NCBI GenBank assembly: GCA_030390025.1
Contig: CM059431.1
Coordinates: 142,912,001-142,976,000 of the forward strand
Length of the DNA: 64,000 bases
Direction of reading: 5' to 3'
DNA from: Squalus acanthias
Taxonomy: Eukaryota
A program made the translations under genes and the position numbers. A model generated the notes under the pieces. The model was given only the letters and a program-made list of their open reading frames with translations. It did no database searches and had not been told where the DNA came from. This document shows positions 37,561 to 50,454 of the stretch, piece after piece. The number at the start of each line of letters is the position of its first letter. Positions within the stretch are counted from its first letter, which is position 1.

Positions 37561-39929
37561 CTAAATCACCGGGACATCCCACCTTGCCCAAATTATTTCC
37601 CCTTATCCAAATAGTACTAAAAATGAAAGGAAACCATTCTGTGCGATTTCCTCTTTTGATAACCCGCAGTGCTGCTGCCGATTCCTACAATTAAACGCCC
37701 TTTCATCCCAAACTCTCCGCTCTCCTCAGTGGGCCTTTTCCACCAGGCGGTTCTGAACTGACTGACTGAAGCTGTCCAGCACGTTTCTGTGGGACTGAGG
37801 CGGCACATCCTTAGATTTGGTGGCGGGTTGTTTCCCATTTCAGAAAAAAGTGCAGAAAGTGAAGCCGCTCTGCTTGGCTTTATCTGGAATGTAACCCTGG
37901 GGCCAGAAAGCAGTCCTTAATGTGGGAGATAACAGGGGCAGAAAGCTGAAAATAAGCGGCATGTGACTCTTCCACTGATTTCCGACATGTCGGTCTGATT
38001 GAAGGAAGGTCTGTCGGAAAGTGATGTGGTGGGGTGAAGGGTCTTGAGGTCCCTCCTGCACATTGCTATCCAGCTCTTCTGGTAATCAATGGAAAGAGGC
38101 CCGGCGGCTGGTAATGGTGAACATGATTATTATAGCGCTCTGTTAGATGGGGCACTGACTCATGTTACCTTGGCTGCTCCGTATAGTTCACTGAAATTCT
38201 TCCACCTTTCAGTAGCCAAGCAGGCATTGCTGGAGGTGACAATCACTGCCAAGGATAACCGCCTCCCACTGGGTTTAAACTGTGCCCTCCGTGGGACTCC
38301 TGCCCTCAGGACCATGAAGGCGGATGGTCCTTTGTTGTATTTCACACAGTAAGAACAAGCTGAAGAGTGTGTGAATGTGAGGGCTCAGTGTATGAAGAAC
38401 CAGCATCCTGAAACACTGCTGTGATCCATATAGTTTCACAAACTAAAGCCTGTATATCCCATCCCATTGCTGCAGCGAGTTCTGCTCCAAATTTAATGTT
38501 CCGCCCAAACCCGAGTCGGGATCCCAATATTGGCGGTAAATGGGCCGTGAGCCTCCGCTGGCAATTTCATTGGGGAAACCGGGGAAAGCTCTGCCGTGGT
38601 CAGGGTGGTGTCATTCAGGTAGGCGTAATTTCCGGTCGCAGTGCACTCGGGATGTTTATGAGCCAGGGAATGAAATCCAGACCCTGGAACAGCTGTTTGT
38701 CTTTCCGCAATCGGGAGTAAAGTAGCGACTATACAGAGCGCACAGAGCAAAACAGGGCGAGGCGGATCCGCATGGAGCAAGAAAACTCGCCCAATGTTCC
38801 CTCCATTCATTTTCCTCTCTGTGCACCGCCCAGGCGATCCTTTAGTCCCCAGCGCTATGAGGGCGCATCCGCCCTCGAGGTCTTTATCTGTCGGTGGGTC
38901 ACTGTACCTGACTCGGGCTGGCGCGGCCCTCTGACGGCCGCTTCTGCCCCGCTGTATGTTGTAAGATTGGTAATTGAGAGCCTTTAATTTGCCCGCTCAC
39001 CACATCCTCCCAGCCCGACGGCCGCCGCCTCAATGCTCATTTAATTTTATTGTTTGTACTCCAGGAAACCCTACAATGCTTTGCTCTGAGTTTTATGGAT
39101 CCACTGCCAGTGGACTGGGTTCTGGTGACTGAATTGGGCACGTTTCATCACTACATGTGATTGACCAATAAAACTGGAGCTCTCGGTTTGCTAACCCAAG
39201 CGGGGTTTTAGTGTAAATTCATTATTTCCCCCTGGCTGGTAAAGTACATGCGCTCTTAATATAGAACACTCGATTATTCAGCATAACACCACGATCTGGA
39301 GCTGGCCTCAAAGAAAGGGGGAGTGTTCTCCACATCTGGAACCTTCCCATCACGGTCCCATTCATGGTCAGGGCTCTCACTATACCGGTGGTCAATCAGG
39401 AGGCTATTCTCTTCCATCAAGCTAGTTAATCTGCACTGTGGGATATTAAAGTGAGGCGTCACATCCCCCCTCTCGTTTTTATCATTATCACAACCCCTTT
39501 CGGTGCCGCTACTTTCCGTCTTCTCTACAGCACAGACCGAGTCCGGCCTGACATGGTGAACTCTGAAGGGTGCAGTTGAGGGTCCGTTAGTTGAGAACAG
39601 TCACTGAGCTTTGTGAGACTCCCTGCCCCACGGCTGATTACAGGTGAACGCGCTGTGAATCGGGATTGGATTCCTTTCCTGTGTTGAACCAGTAGACTGT
39701 GCTGATCAGCGATTCAGCACAATCAATGGATTCTGTACAACCCAACCCCACTTATCATTGTAAATGACCAAACCACCTAGATACATGTGGGTGACGGGAC
39801 TGGCCTGGATGGACTGATCATTACAATAGATTGATCGCTGCAGCCCAATCCCACTGATCATTATAAATGCACCATGTAGGTACATGTGCAAAAGGGGATT
39901 GCCAAGGATGGATTGCTCATTACAACAAC

Positions 39930-41400
39930 AATAAACTTCATTTATATAATGCATTTAACTTAGTACAACTCGTCAAGGTGCTTCACGTTAGTTTAATCAA
40001 AGAAAACAGGATAACGAGCCACAGATGGAGATGGTAGGACAGGTGACCAACAGTTCGTTCAAAGGCGCAGGTTTTAAGGAGCTCTATAAAGAAGGAAATG
40101 AAGGTGGAAAGGTTAAGGGAGGGAATTCCAGAGTTTAGGGCCTAGGCAGCCGAAGGGACAGCCGCCAATAGTGGGGAGAAGAAAGTTGTGGGGGGTGGGG
40201 GGTGGGGGGCGTTGGGGGCGGGTGCACAAGCGGCCAGAGCTGGTTCAATGTAGAAATGTCAGAGGACTTTAAAGTTGGATACAGTTACAGAGATAGTTGA
40301 ACGAGCAAAGGATGATGTTTCAATGGGACATGTTGCAATTTAGGTTATGGGCAGCAGAGTTTTGGGTAAGCTTATGTATATGGAGTTTGGGAGATGGGAG
40401 GCCGGACAGAATGCCATTGGATAGTCAAGTCTGGTGGTGGCAAAAGCATGGAGCGTTCTGGTGGTTAAAGGACCGGAGCTGGGAGATGTTACGCAGTCTT
40501 TGTGATGGACACGATATGAGCTCAGAAGCTGAGCTGGGCGCCGAGTTTGTGAACACGCTGGTTCAGCCTGAGACATCAGCCATGAACGTAAATTGAATCG
40601 GTGGCGAGAGAACGGAATTTTCGCTGGGACCAACGACAATGGATTCAGTCTGCCCAATGTTTAATTGAAGGCTCATCCATGACTGCAGCTCGGACAAGCG
40701 GTTTGACAACACAGAGGCAGTGGAGGGCATACATGTGGAATCTGACGTTGTGTTTCCAGATGATGTCGCCAAACGGCAGCATGTAGATGAGAAATTGGAG
40801 GATGAAAGAGTGTGAACGTTGGGCACACCAGAGGTAACGTTGCGAGAGTATGAAGATGAAGCCGTTGATGTATATTCTCGTGTGCTCCACAGGTAAGAGT
40901 GGAACCAGGTGAAGGCAGGAGAATGGAGGAGATGCTTTTGAGGAGGCTGATGTGGTCAGTCATGTCGAAGACGGGAAGCATGAGGCAAGATAGTGTACCC
41001 CGTTCACACTCACAGAGGATTTCGTTTCTGACTTCGATAAGGGCCCTTTCAGTGCTGCGGAAAAGGCAGAAAACTGATTGGTGAGATTTAGAAATGGAGT
41101 TGCGGAAAGATGAGCACGAATTTGGGAGACAACAGTATGTTCAAGGGCTTTGGAGAGGAATAGAAGATTGGAGACGGGGCGATGGATTGTAAAGATAGTG
41201 GTGAACCTGCATTTGTTCGGAGGTGTGTGAGACGGCAGATTTGAAAGGGAGGGGACAGTACCAGAGCAGAGGGAACCATTCAAAGTATCAGCTAGCATGG
41301 TGGCTAGGAACAGAAGTTGTGTAGTCAACCATTATGTGGGATTTAGTTGCAATATGGTCGAGAGAGCGCGAGGTGTATCACGTGGACAAAATGAGCTCGG
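39930..41400 (-). mobile_element. Decayed L2 LINE
   Basis: HRPVSNLLFLSKALEHTVVSQI, FDMTDHISLL, HAFATTRLDY; (TTG)n-type tail. Confidence 0.8.
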
Positions 41401-41449
41401 AGAAGACATAACGGGAAATGGGGAACATCGGGATTTACGGTAATACAGT

Positions 41450-42173
41450 GGCCCAAATATTCTGATCCCTACGCGTGGGTATGCGCTGTGTGCCCACGCG
41501 TAGGGACATCGGAAATTCCGGTTTTAGGCATGTACAGCGCATGCGCTGAAACCCGGCTTTTCCGATCTGTCAAGAATGGTCTTGACAGATCCACCGGCTG
41601 CCCTGGAGAAGGGCCTCTGCGGGCGGATAGTTACGCTTTTTGGAGACCTTCCGCCCGCAGAAAACCGTTACAATTCATAAGGCCTGCTTTTACCAATATA
41701 AGAGCTGAAAAAAGTAAAACCAAATTTCACTGATTTATCATTTAAAAATGCTTTAAAAAAGGTAAGTTTATTTTAGTCCCGTAAAAAACTTTAATTATTT
41801 TTAAAAAATATATATTTTTTTGTTTAAAATACTTAATTATTGTAATTTCAAGTCATTTTAAAAGGAGATTTTTTTTTTAACTTATTTAAAGTTTTACTGT
41901 TTGTGTGGTTATCTCATTCATATATTTGACATGTCTTCCTGTCAAATGTTTGAAGGGAGATTCCATTCTGTGATTGGCTCCCCATGGCCCACGTGATCCC
42001 AGGGACGCTTCGAAACGCATGTGCCTCTGGGATACGTGGGCCCTGCACACTTCAAGTTTGGAGAGGACCAGGAGCGGAAGTGTGTGCGTCCCGGGAGCCC
42101 TCAGGTAAGCGCGTAGATTTTTCCAGATCACAGGTCTCCGCCCGCGGGAGGCCTGCGATCGGAAAACCCGGCC
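41450..42173. mobile_element. MITE copy 3 (related subfamily)
   Basis: Termini GGCCCAAATATT / AAAACCCGGCC; TSD AGT (41447-41449, 42174-42176); shares the TTTGACA..TGTCAAA hairpin, ATTGGCTC..CATGGCCCACGTGATCCC and GGTAAGT with copies 1-2. Confidence 0.8.
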
Positions 42174-42175
42174 AG

Positions 42176-43150
42176 TAACTCTTTAATGACAAATATACGG
42201 CAGGTGAATTTAGTGGAATACAGCAACTGTTTAATTAGAAATACAGGACATTGAATAATTTAGAGGATTAGAACAATTGTTTAGTTAAAAATAGAATAAA
42301 AGGAACTATCGGGGAATACACAAACTGTTTCACAGCATGGCTGTGAGACTTATGAATCTTACACCCCCCCAAAATAACAGCTAAACCTCAATTAAATTAA
42401 AAAAAAAACCATCACATTAATAAAATAAGTATAGTTAATTAAATTAACCATTTTAAATAAAAAAATAAATTTTTGAAAAAATTTAAAATCTTTTAAAAAG
42501 TTATAAAAATAAACTTACCTGTCTTTAAAGTCTATAAAAAAGATATACCTGTAAAAAAAAATTCAAAAAAATACTTAATTCACTACTTACCTTCTTAAAA
42601 GCGGGTCTTACTCCTCCTTTTTACATTTCCAAAATCTTCCCTACTTACCTGCGCGTCCAAAGCTTGAAGTGCACAGCGTGCGCGCAGCCTGTAGCGCGCA
42701 CGCGATGCACCCAGGCCCCGCCCCCTTTTCGGAAGAGCAATTGCCGGTTTTCAGCGCATGCGCAGGGCATGCAGAAAACCGGCAATTGGAGTGGGAATAC
42801 GCGAGAGTATGCAGTGCGTACTCTCGCGTAATGAGAAATAGAGGATTGTGAAGTTTAGGGGAACACAGTAACCATTTAATTAGTATTGGGGAACACAGGG
42901 AATTAGGAGAACACATTAACAGTTTAATTAGGAATAGAGGAAGGGGGATTTTAGGAGTAAAGGTTTAATTTGTAATTGAAGCTCATGGAACTTAGTATCC
43001 GGGTATATAGAAGTAGGTGACAGGGGAACACGGATACTGTTTAATAACAAATAGAGTGCATGGAATGTCAGGGAAACACAGTAACTGTTTAATTAGAAAT
43101 AGAAAATCTCAGGGAACACAGCTATTTAATTAGGAGCACGGGGCGGGGAA
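42176..43150. repeat. Degenerate tandem repeat with GGGAACACAGTAACTGTTTAATTAG core, hosting MITE copies 3 and 4
   Basis: Motif recurs at ~42215, 42310, 42858, 42908, 43023, 43070, 43110. Confidence 0.65.
42350..42832. mobile_element. MITE copy 4, truncated, same orientation as copy 1
   Basis: Aligns to ~3805-4270 (CAGCTAAACCTCAA, three ACTTACC, GCGCATGCGC hairpin). Confidence 0.8.
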
Positions 43151-45885
43151 TCACAGCCATACGGGACTGAATTTGACACGGTAATGTAATGGCTAAATTG
43201 TTCATGCCTTTGATTTCTATTTTATATTTTGATATTAGAAGATGTGATTGATTATACATCGGCTTCTCACGACTGGAGCTGGGTGAAGATGCATCACTGA
43301 CTGAGAGAATTAAAACCTCTGCCTGCTGCCTTACTCCTGCCCTAAATACAGTTGGCTGTCTGAATCCTGTTAAATGAGAATGTGCCTGTTACACAAAACT
43401 GGCCGCAACTCACCACCACTTCCCCCAGAAGATGAAGGCCAGCCGGAGTGGCAGAGCCTGGGAACCACGGGGAAATTAAACCAATTTACATAACCTTCAT
43501 CACTAAAGTTTTCCATAGTGAACGGGGTGGTTTTTTTTTATTGGGCTAACAAGTATTATAACTTTAGTTCATTATCTTATCAATAGTTTCGCTCTTGATC
43601 CATATAATTGCAATTATACCAAGTGAAAGCTTTAATGATAAGTGTTGCTTTGTTTCTGTATCATTGATGTCAATTAAAAATGAAGATGTATGTCCACATG
43701 CTTTCCTTCGCAGATCTAGCACATTTCCACACGTTATCAAATGATTAATGTTCTCTGAAATATATGAATCAGTTTGGGATCACATCTCTTAAATTAAATT
43801 TCATATTACTTCATCCTGAAACTGACCATTGCTGCAGTGTCAGGCCTGGCCCATCAGCTCAGCGGTGTTTTAAATTGTCTTGTACTCCCCTGCTTAATAG
43901 GCAAAGGCTGAAGGTTAACATTACTATAATATAAAGAGAAACCAACACAATATAACATTAGCAGACTTCAGGACAGTCTGATTAACCCATTCCGTACATT
44001 GCCCCTCTGTTGGTGTTAGTGTATTAACGGCCATCACTAAACAATAGCTCATCAGAATCATATATTTATCTCGACCAATTCTATGGTGCAGATTTCTGCC
44101 TATTATTTTTAAACATGTTCTCACTCTCTGGAGATACATTAACAAATTCATGTCGTGGTGATGTCATCGTGACTGACCATATCAGGGATCCGTTCTTCAG
44201 GAATCGGCATCATGTATATCGCATGCTGGTTGGTTCACGTTCAACGCCTCACTTCTATACACACAGTGACATCACAAGATCAGGCAGCACCAGTCTTCCG
44301 ATATTGACCCATTTCTGTCCTTTCTGGCTGTCGATCAAAAGATCGGGGTGTGGACGTGTTTGATTTGAATTTCACCCTGCCTGGTCCTGATGTTTCGGAT
44401 AGTGGCCAAGCTATCAAATATATTATTCTCATTGTTCAGTATAAACAAGGACACAAACATCGTCAACAGAAAGCTATAAATTAGTTATTTTCACTACACT
44501 TTCCTGACTTTTACTAGATAGTGTATTGTGTAAGAATCTCTTTGTGAGATCTTCGATTCCAAATGATTCGACATTGACCCGTATTGGTGGCAGTAATTAA
44601 AACTTTAATCATCACAAGCAAGAATCAATACAATTACTGTATCTTAAGCAGCAGTTTACAATGTATAATTAAGATTTATACTATCCCGTTTCTGCCTCCG
44701 GTAATAGTCGCGTTAAGATTTGTCTGCACCCCTCTGGCCCTGCCTCAGGCCCGTATTCGCCTAGGAATGTCTCCGAGAATTCTCTGGATCCTCCTCTGTC
44801 TTCCACAACTTACAACTGTCAGGACTTCCTTCTTATACACTATGGAGGAGTTTGTTTACAATCTCCCCCTGCATGGTCCCGACGTTGCTGGATTTTACTA
44901 AGCTATCAAGTACATTCTTCTGATTGTTCAGTACCAGAAAGGACATATACATCTCCAAGATAAATCTATAAATTAACTGTCTTAGCTACACTTTCATGAT
45001 TAACACTAGACTGGGCACTGATAAAAGATTGATTATTTATGTCCTGTCGTGTCAAAGTGATATGAGTTAAGAAGGGACGGAACAGGGTAGATAGAAGCAG
45101 GCTGCTTCCAATAGTTCAGGGATCAAGAACTGACGGTCAGAGATAAAATAATAAATGTAAGAGAATTAGAACTGAGGGTGGTTGAAACATCTTTACATGG
45201 AGAGTTATGAGGCTGTGGAATTAAGGGAGGCAGAAATTATGTCAATATTCAAGTTTAAATTGAATAGATTGATCAATAATAATAGCTTGAAGGGATGTTC
45301 AGACAGGCTGGGAAAATAAATGGAAGTATTTGTTCGGGGTAAACGCCACAAGGACTGATTGGGTCGAATGGAATGCCACCTGATATAATATTCCAACATT
45401 GTGATGACCAGCTGAGATTTTAAGTAGATATCTGTGACCAAAGATGTCTAATGTCACGTTGACGAGTCAAGTTCCTACTGTCTCCATCATTAGACACTGA
45501 TCAGGAGACAGGGCCCCTCTTGGTCCAGGAGACAATGGGGGGCGGCGTCTGATGGGGAGACCAGCGCCTGCAACACTCACACCGAGATTACAGAAGAATT
45601 ACTGTTTAAATTATGCGTTTCTTTCAGCGTCAACATTTCCTTTATTGGACATTTACTAACTACATTCCCGTGGTGACATTCCGCGCTCCCCAGAAGAGCC
45701 ACCATGTTTTCTCTGCTCTTTATTACAGGTGATCGTGATTTTCACCGTGGGCCAAAGCTATTCCTGCTCGTCGCTGTGCTGCTCAGTAATTGCAGAGCCT
45801 GGGGACCTAATCTGCAAGTTAAGGTTGACTCAAATATAACTGAACGTAGAGACTAGAGAGAGAAAGGCAGGCTCAGTGCCTCAGG

Positions 45886-46290
45886 TAGAAGAATGAGAGG
45901 TGATCTCATTGGAACCTGCAAGATTCTGAAGGGGATTGACAGGGTAAATGCTGAGAGATTGTTTCCCCTGGCTGGAGTGTCTAGAACTAGGGGGCATAGT
46001 CTCAGGATAAGGGGTTGGCCATTTAAGACAGAGATGAGGAGGAGTTTCTTCACTCAGAGGGTTGTGAATCTGTGGAATTCTCTGCCCCAGAGGGCTGTGA
46101 ATTCTGAGTCTTTGAGTATATTCAGGGCTGAGACAGATAGTTTGTTGGACTCTAGGGGAATCAAGGAATATGGAGATCGGGCGGGAAAGTGGAGGTTATG
46201 TCGATGATCCGCCATGATCTTATTGAATGGCGGAGCAGACTCGAGGGGCCGTATGGCCTACTCCTGCTCTCATTACTTATGTTCTTATGT
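45886..46290 (+). mobile_element. CR1 3' fragment
   Basis: RMRGDLIGTCKILKGIDRV..FFTQRVVNLWNSLP; tail. Confidence 0.9.
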
Positions 46291-47465
46291 GCCACGACCT
46301 TCCGGACGGACCTGTAAACGGACTTGTCTTTACCAATAAAATGATACTTTGTATTGTGAATTTGCATTCCAGATTATTCTTAATCTGTGAAATGTTTCTT
46401 CTGTATATTTTCCTTCTGGTATATGTAATAAACGTATGTTGGAGTGTACACGATTACACTGAGCGCAATTCGGAAAGAGGTTTAGGTGGACTGATATTAA
46501 TATCATTTGGGAACATAATGAAATAATGCGCAAGCAATTAAAAGTGTTGCTACAAGGAATAAATAGACAAACAGGGGATGTTATATCGTACCAAGGAGAG
46601 TCTCTGGTTTGCATAAAGAAATGGCAGAAATAAAATTAATACGATAATCATTCAGAACAACAAACACTAAAAGGAACAATTGATGCCAAAAGCAATCGCT
46701 TACAATATGTGTGAAAGGTTTGAGCTGAATCAGGTTCAGAAGTGGTTAACTGATAGAAAAAAGAATCGGATCACAAGTTTGATAATAGAGAAACAAGTGA
46801 AGTTCCGGACCACAGATGGGAATATAAATTGGTGTAAAATATGAAGGTTTGAATCGGAGCATTACGTGGCGTAGAGGAAACATACAAACGATACAACACA
46901 CTGGAGCTCTTTGGGGACTTTGAGCCTAGTCCTGCTGAGGCCAGCTTAAGCAGTCAAGGCGACAGGCTTGCGATCTCCTGAAGGAGCCGTTGCCACGGGT
47001 GTTATAATGTTATTATCAGTACCTCTATCTCATATACCCTGCATTTAAGGATTAGTGTTTCATTATAACATTGACATGATTTAATTAAATGCATTAATAA
47101 GATGTGTTAGTGTTTCCTAGCCCTCGAACTTGTATCAGCGGCAAAGGATGTATGAAGATATTTTAATTTAGTTCGACATAAGAGCAATGGGGTGGTATGA
47201 CAATATTCGACAGGAACCAAATAAGGATCACTTGTAAATCAGTCCTAACTGTAAATAGAATTATGAAACAGGCAAGTACCCTGACGCAGACAATGGAAAC
47301 AATGGAGGAGTAGTGAGGAGGGGCACTCTCACCTCGAGAAGCGTTAAGTTCACCAGGTTAGACCGCAGTGGGTGGATTGTAGTCTTGTTCAGCGAGGTTT
47401 CCGGTCATCTCGGCTCTGTTACAAAACTAGAACATTAACTGACGCATTGATCTGTGCGGTACACA

Positions 47466-49962
47466 TTATCTAACTAATTTAGCAACGAGAGTAACAAGGT
47501 ACACCACCGCGCTCCTCAAATGCTCTCTGAATTTCGTCTGGGTCACTCCATAAATGAAGGTGTTTGTGCAGCAGCTGAAAAGCTGAATAATATCCCCAAC
47601 AAATTGTGTCTGAATAAGACGAATAGACGTTTCCAGGTCTGTGTAAAGACATCGGGTGAGAATGAAGACCAGAGTAGTTGTCATCCAACACAGAATAAAA
47701 CTTCCCGACAGGGTGAAGAGCAGAATGATGGATTGTCTCCGGTTCTCCATCTCTGGATCTCTCTGCTTCTCGCCATTACTCCGGGTCCTGAGCCCCCTGC
47801 GGACTCTACTGGCTGCAATAATCTGGCTGACTGTCAGAGCATTAAGGAGCAAAATGAGAAAGAAAGGAAGCAGCGGCGTCAACAGACGGTCCAACCAGTA
47901 AAACCCCTCAAACGCTTCCGACATGGGAAGGGCTAGTTTCCCCAAACACCTCAGACTCCCGCGAACATAATAACTTGATCCCATATACAGGAAATAAAAG
48001 GGGATGTTCTTTAAACAAAACCCCAGACATATTGTTGTAATAATTACAGCCGCAAATATCGGGATGCAATATTTCAACTTAAACTTCGGGCAGCAAATGG
48101 CTACAAAGCGATCGAAAGTGAAAGCGACGGTGAGCCAAACAGAACAATCCACTGTCACGTGACACAGGACATAATGGACAAGACAGAACGGAGCATGCTC
48201 CAGGGATGGGAATATCTAATAGGTGTCATTAATCCGGTACAACAGGACTTCAATAATCACCACCATTAGGTCCGCTACTGCCATCGCCACCAGGTAGCGA
48301 GTGACACATTGGGAGAGACCGCACTTTCCTCGGCACAGGATGGGGATCGCCACCAGGTTAACTGGAACAAAGAGAGAAAGATACGGCAGAATTATGTTCA
48401 ACCACAAAATTACAATCAAACAGAAAGTTTGTGCAACTAAAAGTTTCATTTCTTCCATCCCGTGAGGACAATTGCTCTTTAATTTCTGAGCGATATTTTT
48501 ATAACTAACCTGTTAGATATTATAGAAACACTTGCATTTATAAAGAACCTTTGATGATCTCAGGACGTCCCAAAGCGCTTTGTAGCCACGTTTTACATTT
48601 TTGATAATCTAATTTTAAAAACACAGCAGCCAAGATCTTCAAACCGCAATCTGATAATGACCAGATAATCTGTTTCAGTGATGTTGGCTGAGGGATAAAT
48701 ATTGGCCAGGAAACCGGGGAGCACTCCCCTGCTCTACTTCGAAACAGTGCCACTGTATCTTTTACATCCACCTGAGATATGTTATGCGGCCTCGGTTTAG
48801 TATTTCATCCGAAAACCGGCCCATCCCTCAGTACTGCACTGGAGTGGTAACCTGGATGAAACCTTCTGACGCAGAGGCGAGAGTGCGGCTGACACATTGC
48901 AAAATAGAGAAACGTATTTTAATAGTGAAAAGGCTTGCAGATGATCGACGGTGGTGTGGGGATCTGTAGAGGATATAAAATAAAGGAAACTACGAGCGTA
49001 TAAAGGTTAACGGAGGCAGATGGGAATAAATACGGACACATCGGATTGAACTGGATCAGAAAATATAAAAAGGAGGAAGTAACATTAAAAGGCGAAGAAA
49101 GATTTCGGGAGAAATTATCCACCCCACCACAATAAATATCTTCACCACCTAGTCCGTTTCAGTCTGAATTGTAGAGAGTGGAAGCAGGATAGGGGAACAC
49201 GATTCTACAGCTGCAGCCACAGTAGATCATGTGATAAAATGTTACATGATTCTGAACGATATCATGTGTTTATACTTTATATTCTGACTACACATTTTAA
49301 CCGTCAGGACCATTTAGAAGGAAAGAGTTCCGATTGTGGCGCGCAGTGTGATTGGACCGGGACTGTTGGGGCTGACTCAGGTATTCACAGTCCATTTTGG
49401 AGATGTACAGCACAAGTGAGAATGCTTCAAACATTTAATTAACCTGATAGGTCAACATTACCGCGGCTTTAAATAAGAGCTGTGCTTACTATAGCATATG
49501 AGTAAAATATTAGCACTCTGATATTTTCAGGGTAATCCACGAGCACACATTGGTGATCTAACACCAGGCCCGGATCTAATCTGGAGACTGCTTGGGGCTC
49601 AGTAGTGATGATAAGTCCGGTCACCAGTGAACGACCGGCCCATCTGTCTCTTTACTTGTCAGACAATAAAAGTCATTGTTTAGTTGTGGAGCGATTCGAT
49701 TTGCGATAAGTTGCTGCTCAAATTCAAGGTCCATCTTACCAAGAACAGAGAAGACTGCGACTGGTGGGCAGTGAACAACCAAAGGAAAGTGAAGAGACAA
49801 CTTTATAAAAAACACTGAGAAACGCCTCATCATCCGGCAGGCACCAATAGCGGTAATACAGTCTAACATCGCTCCATACAAAGCAATAACGGGTTGGAAA
49901 GACTTACCTGGGACACCAATGAGAATAATAATTGGGTAGCAAATCTTCCGCCCATCAATCAT
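47466..49962 (-). pseudogene. GPR139-like GPCR paralogue 2; exon 1 49962-49908, exon 2 48361-47466; single in-frame TAG at 48218-48216
   Basis: Exon 1 MIDGRKICYPIIILIGVP+G|GTAAGT; acceptor TTGTTCCAG|TT gives VNLVAIPILCRGKCGLS; frame continues through TAG (codon 67) into IFPSLEHAPFC..SVWLTVAFTFDRFVAICC..DPEMENRRQSIILLF..SCCTNTFIY. Start codon less certain. Confidence 0.85.
48530..48895 (-). mobile_element. Deu-type SINE in the intron of GPCR 2
   Basis: AATATTGGCCAGG..CTCCCCTGCTCT..TTTTACATCCACCTGA..GGCCTCGGTTTA..CCCTCAGTACTGCACTGGAGT. Confidence 0.8.
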
Positions 49963-50252
49963 TGTATTTTAGTGTGAGAAGTTTTCTTACGAGCTGACAT
50001 TACAGGATTCAGCCCAATTGAGACTCTGCTACGAATTATTCCAAATGTTTACTATTCATACAATGACTTTTGTCTGACTTTAAATTTGAACGAACAGAAG
50101 ACATCACCGGACAAATTCAGCACAAAACAATTGTTTAATTTATACAGGTGATGTAGCGCGTTGTCACTCTATTTATTATAGAGGAAGGTGTGAATTCGGT
50201 CCTGCTTTAAGGTTGCATCCCAAGTGCATCTGAGATCCGTAAATGTTACCCA

Positions 50253-50330
50253 TTTATAGACCACTCGGTGCCCCGGTGAGAAAATCCGCTTACACAATAA
50301 CTGGCGTTAGTTACAGTCACTTAACAAACA
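50253..50330 (-). promoter_or_regulatory. Putative core promoter of GPCR paralogue 2
   Basis: TATAAA at 50258-50253 and conserved block 50297-50330; ungapped homology to 32727-32804. Confidence 0.65.
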
Positions 50331-50454
50331 AGGCAATATTTTCTGCTTCAGTGTCCTGGAACACCAATGGGGAAATAATGCACCTCATTCCATAGATTTT
50401 ACGCTAACATTATTCATGCTGATTCCACTCAATTATGACTGGTATGACCCGAAT

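Noticed and set aside
49621..49907. Continuation of the 113-aa ORF beyond GVP
   Set aside because: Read-through into the intron past a consensus CAG|GTAAGT donor.
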